From NCBI GenBank assembly GCA_016650245.1, contig JAENWD010000139.1:6082-70081 (forward strand): DNA of 64,000 nucleotides, read 5' to 3'. Shown here one piece after another: positions 26,850 through 36,281 of this stretch; position 1 is the stretch's first letter, and each line of letters opens with the position of its first letter. The notes beneath the pieces were generated by a model. The model was not told the origin of the DNA, did not search any database, and worked only from the letters and a program-made list of their open reading frames with translations. The DNA is from Vicinamibacteria bacterium (lineage in GTDB: Bacteria; Acidobacteriota; Vicinamibacteria; Vicinamibacterales; JAENWD01). The position numbers and the translations under genes were made by a program.

Positions 26850-29623
26850 CGACACGAACCCTCGTCGGGCTGGCGTCGGTCTGGGTGCTGGCCGCGATCA
26901 CGCTCCGGGCACAACAGCCCCCGACGCCACCGGCACAGCCCACCTTCCGCGCGTCCACCGAGCTGATCGCGATCGATGCGACCGTCGTCACCGACCGCGG
27001 CGAGCCGGTGGCCGGCCTGACACCGGAGGACTTCGTCCTCACCATCGACGGGTCGCCGCGGCGTGTCGTGTCGGCGCAGTTCATCAAGCAGGACCCGCCG
27101 GGACCGGCGCCGACGCTGGCGGGCCGCAAGCTCCCCTTCACGACCAATGAGTCGGCTGTCGGGGGACGCCTTGTCCTGATCGTCTTCGATCTCGAGGGCA
27201 TCGGCGTCGGTGGGGGCCGCGGAGCAACCGTCGCCGCCTCTCGCTTCCTCGATCAGCTCGCCGGCGCCGATCGTGTCGGCGTGCTGGCGTTTCCCAACGG
27301 CGCCAGCGTGGACTTCACAACCGATCGCGAGAAAGTGAAGCAGACGCTGACACGCGTGGTCGGCCGGGGGTCCTTCTTCACCGACGGGATCTACAGCATC
27401 GGCATGTCCGAGGCCTTCGACATCGATCGCGGCGACTCCGGCGCGCTCGAGCGCGTCGTGCAGCGCGAATGCGTCAACGAGCGCACGGAGGAAGGCATCG
27501 CGGTCTGCCGCACCAGCCTCGAGAGCCAGGCGCGATCGACGGCGATGGTCAATCGCCAGCGCGGCATGAACTCGCTGCAGACGCTGCGCGCCCTCCTGAA
27601 CTCGTTTACGAAGATCGACGCGCCCAAGACGGTGGTGTGGATCTCCGAGGGACTGGCACTGGCAGAGGACCGCGTGGAGATCGGCGGCATGGCGGCGATG
27701 GCCGCGGCCGCGCGCACGACCATCTACAGCCTGCACCTGGATCAGTCGATCATCGCCGATGCCTCTCGCAGCCGGCAGTCGCCGTCGATGATGCAGGACC
27801 GGCAACTGGCGACCGATGGGCTGGCGATGATCGCCGGCATCACACGCGGCTCGATGTTCACGTCGATTGGCACCGGCAACGACGTCTTTCAGCGCATCGC
27901 CAAGGAGATGACCGCGTACTACCTGTTGAGCGCCGAACCTGAGCCGGAGGACCGCGATGGCAGGTCCCACCGCATCAAGGTCGCCGTCAATCGCAAAGGC
28001 CTCAACATCCGTGCGCGCCGCGAGTTCACGTTGCGCAGGGAGGCGCCTGTGCCGCCCTCGCCTGCACAGCGTGTGGCCGCTGTCCTGCAGCAGCCGCTGC
28101 TGGCGACGGAACTGCCCATCAAGGTGGCTACCTACAACATGCGCACGCCGGGTGCGCCGACCGTCAAGGTGGTGGTGACGACCGAGTTTGGCCGCAATGC
28201 CACGGTCGCCGAAGACGCCACGCTGGCGTACGTCGTGCTGACCGACAAGGGCAAGGTGGCCGGGACGTCGATCACGACAAACAAGGCGGCGCCGGTACGG
28301 ACCGCGGCGGCGGGTCCGCTCCAGGCAACGACCGTCATCGAGGTGCCACCAGGACGGTACCTGCTGCGACTGGCCGTACTCGATGCCAACGGACGCGCGG
28401 GCAGCGTCGAGCACCCGCTCGACGCCAGCCTGTCCACGGTTGGCGATGTGGAGATCGCCGACCTGCTGCTGGCGCCCGCCAACGCCGGCACCGTGGCCGG
28501 CGTGCGTCTGGTCGCAGACACGACGATCGAAGACGAGCCCTTTGGCGCGTACCTCGAGCTGTACTCCAGGTCGGCCGACCTGATGCGCCGCGCGAAAGTG
28601 ACGATCGAGATCGCCGAGGGCGAGACGGCGCCGGCCATTGCCTCGGCCGACGCGGTCCTCGGCGAGACGATGGACAAGGGCCGGTACGTCGCCCAGGCGC
28701 TGCTGCCGCTGGGCCTAGTGCCACCCGGCGAATACCTCGCGCGCGCGGTGGTCGCGATCGGCGACAACACCAGCGTGCAGATGCGCCCGTTCCGCCTGGC
28801 GCACGCCGTGCCGGCGGGTCAGATGTTCAAGACTGACCTGTCGACGCGGGTCGGCGCCTTCCAGCCTGGCCACGTACTGACGCCCGCACTGCTGGCTCCG
28901 GCCGTGGCTAGAGCGCGTGAGTTGGCCGAGACGCCGCCATCCGAGGCTGCGTCGCAACTGGCCGACGAGGTGGCCGCTGGCCGTCTCGAGACGCTCGGCC
29001 TGCCCGCGCTTGAAGACGATGCCTCTCTCACCGCCGTGTTTCTGCGTGGGCTGGCCCAATATCGGGCGGGCAAGTTCGAGGACGCGGCCAGAGAGTTCCG
29101 CGCCGCGGTGCGCCTGTCGTCGGACTTCCTGCCAGGCATCTTCTATCTCGGGGCGTGTTATGCCGCCGGTGGCCGTGGCCGCGAGGCCGTGGGCGCGTGG
29201 CAGACGTCGCTGGTCGGCGACGACTCGTCACCCGACGTCTTTCAGCTTCTCATCGACGGCTTCCTCCGTCTTGGCGACACCGACGCCGCCATCGGGACCA
29301 TCGAGGAGGCCGCCGCGAAATGGCCCGAGGACTACCGCTTCGTGGTGCGGGCGACGCTGGCGCAAGCGGCGCAGGACAAGCCGGCAGAGGCCCTGGAACG
29401 CCTGCGCCCCTGGCTTGACACACAGACCGGCGACCGGGACGCACTCGACCTGGCGTTGCGGCTCGCACTCGCGGACCTCGCCACCCGGCCCGCCGGCGAG
29501 GAGCGGGATGCCGTTGTGAGACTGAAGGACCTGACCGCGCGGTACGAAGCCAGCGGCACGCCGGTGCCGCCGGTGGCCGCGCGCTGGCTGACATACCTCG
29601 CGACGCGGGCCCCGAGCCAGTAG
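26846..29623 (+). CDS. Secreted VWFA-related protein with C-terminal TPR-like repeats (925 aa)
   Basis: ATGA overlap with the upstream gene. Signal peptide, then FRASTELIAIDATVVTDRGEPVAGLTPEDF (the typical N-terminus of this family). VWA-like core with a degenerate MIDAS (DLEGIG), and TPR-like helices near the C-terminus (AQYRAGKFEDAAREFRAAV...). Confidence 0.8.
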   Translation: MTTRTLVGLASVWVLAAITLRAQQPPTPPAQPTFRASTELIAIDATVVTDRGEPVAGLTPEDFVLTIDGSPRRVVSAQFIKQDPPGPAPTLAGRKLPFTTNESAVGGRLVLIVFDLEGIGVGGGRGATVAASRFLDQLAGADRVGVLAFPNGASVDFTTDREKVKQTLTRVVGRGSFFTDGIYSIGMSEAFDIDRGDSGALERVVQRECVNERTEEGIAVCRTSLESQARSTAMVNRQRGMNSLQTLRALLNSFTKIDAPKTVVWISEGLALAEDRVEIGGMAAMAAAARTTIYSLHLDQSIIADASRSRQSPSMMQDRQLATDGLAMIAGITRGSMFTSIGTGNDVFQRIAKEMTAYYLLSAEPEPEDRDGRSHRIKVAVNRKGLNIRARREFTLRREAPVPPSPAQRVAAVLQQPLLATELPIKVATYNMRTPGAPTVKVVVTTEFGRNATVAEDATLAYVVLTDKGKVAGTSITTNKAAPVRTAAAGPLQATTVIEVPPGRYLLRLAVLDANGRAGSVEHPLDASLSTVGDVEIADLLLAPANAGTVAGVRLVADTTIEDEPFGAYLELYSRSADLMRRAKVTIEIAEGETAPAIASADAVLGETMDKGRYVAQALLPLGLVPPGEYLARAVVAIGDNTSVQMRPFRLAHAVPAGQMFKTDLSTRVGAFQPGHVLTPALLAPAVARARELAETPPSEAASQLADEVAAGRLETLGLPALEDDASLTAVFLRGLAQYRAGKFEDAAREFRAAVRLSSDFLPGIFYLGACYAAGGRGREAVGAWQTSLVGDDSSPDVFQLLIDGFLRLGDTDAAIGTIEEAAAKWPEDYRFVVRATLAQAAQDKPAEALERLRPWLDTQTGDRDALDLALRLALADLATRPAGEERDAVVRLKDLTARYEASGTPVPPVAARWLTYLATRAPSQ

Positions 29624-29697
29624 CACGGACCTTCCGCCTTCGCGAACACTTCGGCGGACCGCCGTAGCCTTGCCGGAGGCTGGCCACGTCCGCCCTA

Positions 29698-30225
29698 TCA
29701 CGGACGCCACTGCTCGCGTACGCGTGCGTACAGCAACTGATCGATCAACGCGCCGTCCTTGAAGGCGCTGTGCCGCAAACGGCCTTCCAGGGCGAACCCT
29801 GCCTTTTCGAGCACACGAGCGGACGCGCGGTTGAACGCGAAGACGTGCGCGTGGAGTCGCGCGAGATTGAAGCGCTCCAGCGCCCACGGCACAAACGCCT
29901 GCACGGCCCCCGACATCACGCCCCGTCCCCAGTGCGCCTCTCCGAGCCAGTAGCCCACCTCGGCGTCAACCCGCTCGACGTCGGGGCGAACCACCAGGCC
30001 GATGCCCCCGACGGCCTCTCCGTTCACTTCGACCGCAAAGTCGGTCGCCGGCACGGCGCGCGCGCAGTGGCGCACCCACGCGTCTGCGTCCTCGATGGTG
30101 TAGGGCGACGGGAACCGGTCGCGCAGGTTGGCCCAGACACGGCGGTTGTTTGCGTGCCGCGCCAGCGCACTCGCATCGTCTGGACGCCAGGCGCGGACCG
30201 CGCCGCCGGGAAACGGAAGATGCAT
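29698..30225 (-). CDS. GNAT N-acetyltransferase (RimJ/RimL-like)
   Basis: GYWLGEAHWGRGVMSGAV...NRASARVLEKAGF motifs. 175 aa. Confidence 0.85.
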   Translation of the reverse strand: MHLPFPGGAVRAWRPDDASALARHANNRRVWANLRDRFPSPYTIEDADAWVRHCARAVPATDFAVEVNGEAVGGIGLVVRPDVERVDAEVGYWLGEAHWGRGVMSGAVQAFVPWALERFNLARLHAHVFAFNRASARVLEKAGFALEGRLRHSAFKDGALIDQLLYARVREQWRP

Positions 30226-30288
30226 GCGAGGTGGATTATAGGTCCGTCCAATTTTCGGGCCGAGCGAAGTGGGATAAGGTTGTCAGCC

Positions 30289-31266
30289 GTGCCCATCACA
30301 CCTTCGCAACTGCACGACCCAATTGTGGCGTTCGTGCAGCCGGCTGGCCTGACGCTGAGCCCCGCCGACACCATAGCGACCGCCCTCGAACGCGCGCGCC
30401 TGCTGCCCGCGACCCAGGTCATCCTCTATTGTTACGTCGTAGACCAGGAGAAGCGCCTGGTCGGCGTGGTGCCCATCCGGCGCCTGTTGACCACGGCCCC
30501 AGAGGGGCGCATCGACTCGATCATGATCCACGACGTCGAGGCGATCCCGTCGTGGGCGACCGTGCTGGTTGCAGCCGAGTACTTCGTGAATCGCCGTTTC
30601 CTCGCCTTCCCCGTCGTCGAACCCGGCGGCCGCCTGGTCGGCGTGGTCGACGTCAGCCTGTTCACGGATGACGTCCTGGAGCTGGCGCGGCGGTCCTTCG
30701 ACGGCATCTTCCAGATCATCGGCGTCCATGCCACCGAAGGCCGCACGGCGTGGACCAGTTTCCTCGACCGTTTCCCGTGGCTGCTGTGCAACGTCGCCGG
30801 CGGCCTGCTCTGCGCCTTGCTGGCCAGCCGATACGAGGGCCTGCTCGACCATCTCGTCGTCCTCGCATTGTTCATCCCCGTGGTGCTCACTCTGGCCGAA
30901 AGCGTGAGCATTCAGTCGGTGACGCTGACGCTGCAGAATCTGTCTGACGGCCCAATCAACTGGCGCGTCTTCGCTCGCGGCTTCAGCAAGGAGTTTCTCA
31001 CCGCCTTGATGCTGGGTCTGGGCTGCGGGACCCTTGTGGGCCTGTCGGCCTTCGTCTGGAAGGGCGCCGTAGGCGTGGGCCTCGTGCTCACGCTGGCCAT
31101 CACCGTGGCGATGATCACCGCGTGCCTGCTGGGTGTGCTGATGCCCACGGCGCTGCGCGCGCTGAAGGCTGACCCTAAGATCGCGGCTGGTCCGATCGTG
31201 CTCGCGTTGACCGACGTGGCGACCCTGCTCTTCTACTTCAACCTCGCGGGTATGCTGTTGAGGTGA
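30289..31266 (+). CDS. mgtE: Magnesium transporter MgtE-family protein (CBS pair plus TM domain, no N-domain)
   Basis: CBS-like region (VGVVPIRRLL..., FPVVEPGGRLVGVVDV) followed by the MgtE TM domain (PWLLCNVAGGLL...ESVSIQSVT...AAGPIVLALTDVATLLFYF). GTG 30289 is preferred, with in-frame ATG 30220 as an alternative. The first 173 codons of track ORF 29770..31266 are antisense to the GNAT gene. Confidence 0.8.
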   Translation: MPITPSQLHDPIVAFVQPAGLTLSPADTIATALERARLLPATQVILYCYVVDQEKRLVGVVPIRRLLTTAPEGRIDSIMIHDVEAIPSWATVLVAAEYFVNRRFLAFPVVEPGGRLVGVVDVSLFTDDVLELARRSFDGIFQIIGVHATEGRTAWTSFLDRFPWLLCNVAGGLLCALLASRYEGLLDHLVVLALFIPVVLTLAESVSIQSVTLTLQNLSDGPINWRVFARGFSKEFLTALMLGLGCGTLVGLSAFVWKGAVGVGLVLTLAITVAMITACLLGVLMPTALRALKADPKIAAGPIVLALTDVATLLFYFNLAGMLLR

Positions 31267-32831
31267 GCCCGCTGCCGCGGCCCTCCTGGCTGACCGACGC
31301 GCACTTTCCCGGATGGGCTGCCCTTGCGTCGGTGGCTGCGGCGGCGCCACACCTGCCAGTCCTGGCGCCGTTCACGGGAGGCATCCTCGCGCACCTCCCA
31401 CGAGGGAACGCTGAGGACGTCGTCAAGGCCGCCGCAACGGGCCGCGCCGCCCAACCTGCGTGGGCCGCACGGCCGGTGGCGTCGCGAGCAGCGCTGCTGC
31501 TGCGCGTGCACGACCTGCTGCTGGCGCGCCAGGAGCAGATCCTCGACCTCATCCAGCTCGAGACCGGCAAGGCGCGGCGGCACGCCTTTGAGGAGGTGGC
31601 CGACGCCGCCAATGTGCTGCGCTACTACGCGGTGCGCGCGCCGGCATGGCTGGCGCCCTCGCGCCGACGCGGCGCGCTTCCGCTGCTGACGAAGACGACC
31701 TGCGAGTCCGCGCCGGCGGGTGTCGTCGCCGTCATCGTGCCCTGGAACTACCCGCTCAACCTGTTCATCACCGACATCACGCCCGCGCTGGTCAGCGGCA
31801 ACGCCGTCGTCGCGATGCCCGACCAGCAAACGTCGTTCACAGCCCTCTGGGCCCTGGCGCTGTTGCGAGAGACAGGCGTGCCCGATGCGATCCTGCAGGT
31901 CGTCACCGGAGTGGGCGCCGAACTGGGTCCAGTACTCGTCGACCAGGCCGACGCGGTGCTCTTCACTGGAAGCACGGCCACCGGACGCATCGTCGCGGCG
32001 CAGGCCGCCGCGCGCCTGGTGCCCGCGTCGGTTGAATTGGGCGGCAAGAACGCGCTTCTGGTGCTCGATGACGCCGATCTGGACGCCGCGGTCGACGGGA
32101 TCGTACGCGGGTGCTTCGTCGGCGCCGGTCAGGTGTGCCTGTCGTACGAGCGCCTCTACATCGACCGGCGGGTGCACGACACGCTGGTTCCGCGTCTGGT
32201 CGAGCGCACACGCGCGCTGCGCCTCGCGTGCAGCTTCGATTGGGATGTCGAGGTCGGCACGCTGGGTTCGGCAAAGCAGCTGGCGCGTGTCCGCGCGCAT
32301 GTCGACGACGCCGTGGCCAGGGGCGCGCGGGTGCTGGTGGGCGGCACGGGGCGGCCCGACATCGGCCCCTTCGTCTTCGAGCCAACACTGCTGACCGGTG
32401 TCACGCCGGCGATGGCGCTGTGGGGCGACGAGACGTTTGGCCCGGTCGCGGCCGTCTACGCCGTCGACGGCGACGACGACGCGGTCGCTCGCGCCAATGA
32501 CTCGGCGTACGGCCTGACCGCGAGCGTGTGGTCGCAAGACATCGCACGCGCTGAGAGCGTCGCGCGGCGGCTGGCCGTCGGCTCGGTGAACATCAACGAA
32601 GCGTACGCCGCTGCGTGGGGGTCGGTCGACAGTCCCAGCAGCGGCTGGAAGGCGTCGGGGCCTGGCCATCGGCACGGGAGGCGCGCCTTCAACTGTGTGA
32701 CGCGACCGAAGACGATTGCAGTCCAGCGCCTGGTGCCACTGGCCTTGCCGGCCGGCGTTGCGCCAGCGACCTATCAGCGCGCGCTGACCGCGATGCTGTG
32801 GCTCATGCGGCGGATTCCGGGACTGCGATGA
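31263..32831 (+). CDS. NAD(P)-dependent aldehyde dehydrogenase (succinate-semialdehyde DH-like)
   Basis: VIVPWNYP, FTGSTATG, ELGGKN and GQVCLSYER (catalytic Cys) motifs. GTGA overlap with mgtE. Confidence 0.88.
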   Translation: MSPLPRPSWLTDAHFPGWAALASVAAAAPHLPVLAPFTGGILAHLPRGNAEDVVKAAATGRAAQPAWAARPVASRAALLLRVHDLLLARQEQILDLIQLETGKARRHAFEEVADAANVLRYYAVRAPAWLAPSRRRGALPLLTKTTCESAPAGVVAVIVPWNYPLNLFITDITPALVSGNAVVAMPDQQTSFTALWALALLRETGVPDAILQVVTGVGAELGPVLVDQADAVLFTGSTATGRIVAAQAAARLVPASVELGGKNALLVLDDADLDAAVDGIVRGCFVGAGQVCLSYERLYIDRRVHDTLVPRLVERTRALRLACSFDWDVEVGTLGSAKQLARVRAHVDDAVARGARVLVGGTGRPDIGPFVFEPTLLTGVTPAMALWGDETFGPVAAVYAVDGDDDAVARANDSAYGLTASVWSQDIARAESVARRLAVGSVNINEAYAAAWGSVDSPSSGWKASGPGHRHGRRAFNCVTRPKTIAVQRLVPLALPAGVAPATYQRALTAMLWLMRRIPGLR

Positions 32832-32833
32832 GA

Positions 32834-32892
32834 ATTGCAGATTGCAGACTGCAGATTGACGATTACGGACTATTACGGATTGACGATTGGGT
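32834..32892. repeat. Tandem heptamer array: ATTGCAG ATTGCAG ACTGCAG ATTGACG ATTACGG ... ATTGACG
   Basis: Read directly. It begins 3 nt after the aldehyde DH stop and shares ATTGCAGATTGCAGA and TGCAGATTGACGA blocks with 61260-61286. Confidence 0.85.
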
Positions 32893-33042
32893 CGGCTTCC
32901 TGCGTGCCGTCAACCCGAGCCACACCGGAGCGTTCTCTGGCAAGGGCCTGCTCTAAAGATGCTATGGACATACCTCGACACCAGGCTGGTCTTTCCAACC
33001 GCGAACACGCCGAGCATTCCGACTTATTTCTGAATCATGGGC

Positions 33043-33066
33043 GGACTACGGACTCCAGACTACGGG
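33043..33066. repeat. Tandem heptamer array: GGACTAC GGACTCC AGACTAC
   Basis: Read directly. It ends 4 nt before the stop codon complement of the 33071..36202 gene. The unit is the reverse complement (circular permutation) of the GTCCGTA units at 41338-41365. Confidence 0.8.
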
Positions 33067-33070
33067 TAAT

Positions 33071-36000
33071 TCAGTTCGCCCCCCACTTCGTTCCCTTGAG
33101 GAACGCAAGCAGGTCCGCCAGTTCCTGCCGCGATAGCTGGTCACCGTAGCCGGTGGGCATCACCGACACCGCGCCCGGCTGCATGTCGGCGACCTGCGCT
33201 CGGGGGATGCGGGCTTCCTGCGATTCTCCGATCGTCAGCACCAGTTCGTCCGGGCGTTCCGCCTTGAGCACGCCGCTGTGCACCGCACCGGCTGTGGTGG
33301 TCACCATCAGCGGCTCGTAGCCCCGCACGAAGCTGGCGTTCGGGAACACAATCGCTTCCAGGAGGTCGCGCTCGCTCCGGATCTGGCCGATTGACGTCAG
33401 GTCAGGCCCGAGCTTGCCGCCGCGATACCCGATCGCGTGGCACGACGCACACGCGCCCTTCGGGCTGTTGAAGAGCGACTGTCCGCGCCGGATGTCGCCG
33501 CCTCCGACCATGCCTGCCACGAGCTGATCGAGGCGCTGCGCCTGCTTGACCGAATCCGCTTGAAGCAATGCGAGCAAGGCCTCGCCGCTGGCCTGCACCG
33601 AGGGCGGATACTTCGCCAGACGTGGCCGCAGTACGTCGGGGCGCACATTGGACCGCCCGGGCGCCTGCTCCAGTGCCGCAAGCATCGCCAGGCCCAGGGC
33701 CTCATCGCTGCCCTGATCGAAGGCGGGCAGTATTCGCGGCAGCTCGAGCGGGCCACTGTGTCGCACCAGTTCGACCAGGGCCTGTAACTGATCGCGATCG
33801 AGCCGGGCCTTCTCGACGATGGCGGCGGCAGACGTGCGAAGGGCCACCGGCTGCGAGGGGTCGAGGCTGTCGCGCAGCAACGCGAACAGGTCGGCCTCCA
33901 CCGACGGCAGTCCCTTGCTCAACGATCCGAGCGCCTCGAGCCGGACAGAGGTGGGACGCGACGAGTCGCGTGCGACGCGAAGGAGCGCGGCCTGCAGGTC
34001 GGTTGACGCCGATGGCGACGCCGGCGCCGACCGCGCCACGGCGACGGCGAGTTGCGCGATGTCCGGCTCGCCGCCCGACATCGCGCGTACAAGCGGCGCA
34101 AGCCACGCCTCGGGCAGCTCCTTCACACGCGACGTCGCCATCGCTCGCAACGCCGTTGCGCGCACGTCGTGTGGAGTTGCCGAACCCAGTATGCCCCCAA
34201 GCTGCTGCTGAATGGCCGCGTTGGTGCCAAACTGCGCCAGCCTCTGCTGCAGTTGCTCCTGATCCTCTGCGCGCTGGCCGACTTCAGCCATCCGCTGCTG
34301 GAAGTATCCGGCAAGCGCCACGCCCCAGTCCTGATGGCGCGCGGCGATACGCCACGCCGTGTCGCGCATCTGTTGGTCGGGAGATTCGAGAAGCGCTACG
34401 ACGGTGGCCGCCTGGAGGCCGCCGTTGGGCATCTGGTCGAGCGCGAGCAGCGCCGCGCGCTGAGTCTGCAACGATGAGCTCTTCAGCCCCGCCGAGGTCG
34501 ATTCCGGATCTGCGACCTCGATGAGCGCGTAGGTCACCGAATGCTCGCCCACGCGGTCCAGCGGCAGCGCCGCTGCCGTGAGCAGCGCCGGCACCGCGCG
34601 AGGATCGCCGGTGCGGCCCAGGGCCTCGGCGGCTCCGCGGCGCACCGCGGGTAGACGGGAGCCGAGCGCGTCCAGGAGCTGCGGCGCGGCGTCGGCATCG
34701 CGCCACACACCGACCGAGTGCAACGCGGCGAGCCGAACGCTTTGATCGGCATCGCCGAGGGCGGTACGAACCGCCGCGCGCGCCTCGGTGGTGGCAATTC
34801 GGGTCAGCGCCCAGACCGCGTTGCGTCGCTGCGCAGCCGACCGCCCGGTCGCGACGACGCCATCGAGCGCTGGCACGGCATGGGCCTCGAGTTTCGCGAG
34901 CTGATGAATCGCGCGTCGCTGCACGGCCGGCCGCGCATCGTCGAGGCGCGCGGTCAGCTCGGAGGCCGTCAGTGTGGCCCACGGGATCTTCAGCCCGCGC
35001 GGATCCTGCACCGGCGCAACGCCACGGCGACGGACCCGATAGATCGCGCCGAGCACATCGGGCTTGGCCAGCTGCGAGGTGGGACAACACAGCTTGTACC
35101 ACGCGCCGGTGTCGACGACCAGGAGGCTGCCGTCGGCGTCTTCCAACACGTCGGTCGGATGGAAGTCCAGGCTGTCGGCGACGAGGAAATCGGAATCACG
35201 GCTCTTGAAGGTGGCGCCGCTCGGCTCCAGCACATGGCGGGTCACCTTCTGCATGTTGAACAGGGCCGCGAAGAAGTTGCCGCGGTAGCCCTCGCCAAAC
35301 GTGCGCGAGGCGTACGAGGTCAAGCCCGACACGGCTGCCGGCCCAAGATTGCTGACCGGCGGCATGAGGTCGCCGGTCTGTGGGTGCCCGTCAATCACGC
35401 CATGTGGCTTGCCGAACAGGCCGCCGTAGACCGCATGGATGAACGCGTCGCGCCGACCGAGCTGCGGATGCTCGAGAAACGTCGCCGTGAGCATCGCCTC
35501 GCCGCTGGGCGTGAACGCCACGTCCACCGGGTTGTCCATGCCGCCTGTGATCACCGGCTCCACCAGCGTCTCGCCCGGCCGCCTGCGGAAGATGTGCGCG
35601 GCGCGCGTCACCAGCGGAGGCTTGCCCGGCCGCTCGTACGTCTGCTCGGCAAATGCGCCCTTGGTCCAGTAAATCCACCCGTCGGGCCCGAGATACGGGC
35701 CGTGCAAGTCGTTGGCGCATCCCGTCAGCGTCTTGCCGGCAAACCATTCCTCCCGCCGATCTGCCACGCCGTCGTCGTTGGTATCGGTGAGCTTCCAGAT
35801 GCTGGGCGGAGCTCCCACATAGAGCGACCCATCGAACCACATAGCTCCCTGCGGCAGCATCATGCGGTCGGCAAAGACGACGCTGGTGTCGAAGACGCCG
35901 TCGCCGTCCTTGTCTTCGAGCCGCACAATCCGGTGCGGACGATCGGCGAGCTGCTTTTCCACCTTATCGTTCGTGCCGGACGCATCCGCCACGTACAGCC

Positions 36001-36202
36001 GCCCCTGCTCGTCGAAGTCCGCGACGATGGGCCGATCGACCAGGGGAGGGCCGGCGACGCGCACGACCTCGAAGCCGGCCGGCACGGTGAATTTCGGTTG
36101 CGACGGCGCGACGGTTTCCTGCGCCGCTGGAAGCGCCAGCGCCGACAGCGTCACCGAAAGAACCGCCGCAGCGCGCGTTGAGCGTGGGAGCCGTGAGGTC
36201 AT
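33071..36202 (-). CDS. PVC-type heme-binding CxxCH protein (membrane-bound dehydrogenase-like beta-propeller, HEAT repeats, cytochrome c)
   Basis: N-terminal FTVPAGFEVVRVAGPPLVDRPIVADFDEQGRLYVA (dehydrogenase-domain signature). Central HEAT-like repeats (DQSVRLAALHSVG..., AVRRGAAEALGRTGDPRAVPAL). C-terminal CASCH heme site followed by GPDLTSIG. Confidence 0.85.
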   Translation of the reverse strand: MTSRLPRSTRAAAVLSVTLSALALPAAQETVAPSQPKFTVPAGFEVVRVAGPPLVDRPIVADFDEQGRLYVADASGTNDKVEKQLADRPHRIVRLEDKDGDGVFDTSVVFADRMMLPQGAMWFDGSLYVGAPPSIWKLTDTNDDGVADRREEWFAGKTLTGCANDLHGPYLGPDGWIYWTKGAFAEQTYERPGKPPLVTRAAHIFRRRPGETLVEPVITGGMDNPVDVAFTPSGEAMLTATFLEHPQLGRRDAFIHAVYGGLFGKPHGVIDGHPQTGDLMPPVSNLGPAAVSGLTSYASRTFGEGYRGNFFAALFNMQKVTRHVLEPSGATFKSRDSDFLVADSLDFHPTDVLEDADGSLLVVDTGAWYKLCCPTSQLAKPDVLGAIYRVRRRGVAPVQDPRGLKIPWATLTASELTARLDDARPAVQRRAIHQLAKLEAHAVPALDGVVATGRSAAQRRNAVWALTRIATTEARAAVRTALGDADQSVRLAALHSVGVWRDADAAPQLLDALGSRLPAVRRGAAEALGRTGDPRAVPALLTAAALPLDRVGEHSVTYALIEVADPESTSAGLKSSSLQTQRAALLALDQMPNGGLQAATVVALLESPDQQMRDTAWRIAARHQDWGVALAGYFQQRMAEVGQRAEDQEQLQQRLAQFGTNAAIQQQLGGILGSATPHDVRATALRAMATSRVKELPEAWLAPLVRAMSGGEPDIAQLAVAVARSAPASPSASTDLQAALLRVARDSSRPTSVRLEALGSLSKGLPSVEADLFALLRDSLDPSQPVALRTSAAAIVEKARLDRDQLQALVELVRHSGPLELPRILPAFDQGSDEALGLAMLAALEQAPGRSNVRPDVLRPRLAKYPPSVQASGEALLALLQADSVKQAQRLDQLVAGMVGGGDIRRGQSLFNSPKGACASCHAIGYRGGKLGPDLTSIGQIRSERDLLEAIVFPNASFVRGYEPLMVTTTAGAVHSGVLKAERPDELVLTIGESQEARIPRAQVADMQPGAVSVMPTGYGDQLSRQELADLLAFLKGTKWGAN

Positions 36203-36281
36203 GGAATCCCTGGGCGCGACGACGAGTGTCGCTGATTCCGGGCATTAGATACCAATTGCACGGAGCGGGCAACGCGCCACC

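Noticed and set aside
29770-30288. N-terminal 173 codons of track ORF 29770..31266
   Set aside because: This part is antisense to the GNAT gene. MgtE-like sequence only begins after the AT-richer spacer, so I started the gene at 30289.
30226-30288. M-box (ykoK) magnesium riboswitch upstream of mgtE
   Set aside because: The spacer is only 63 bp, far shorter than the riboswitch, and shows no extended pairing.
32835-33149. 104-aa ORF MQIADCRLTITDY... and its look-alike at 61251..61736 (MQIIADCRLTTTKR...)
   Set aside because: The shared peptide is simply the translation of the ATTGCAG/ATTGACG repeat. The remainder has poor codon bias and overlaps real genes.
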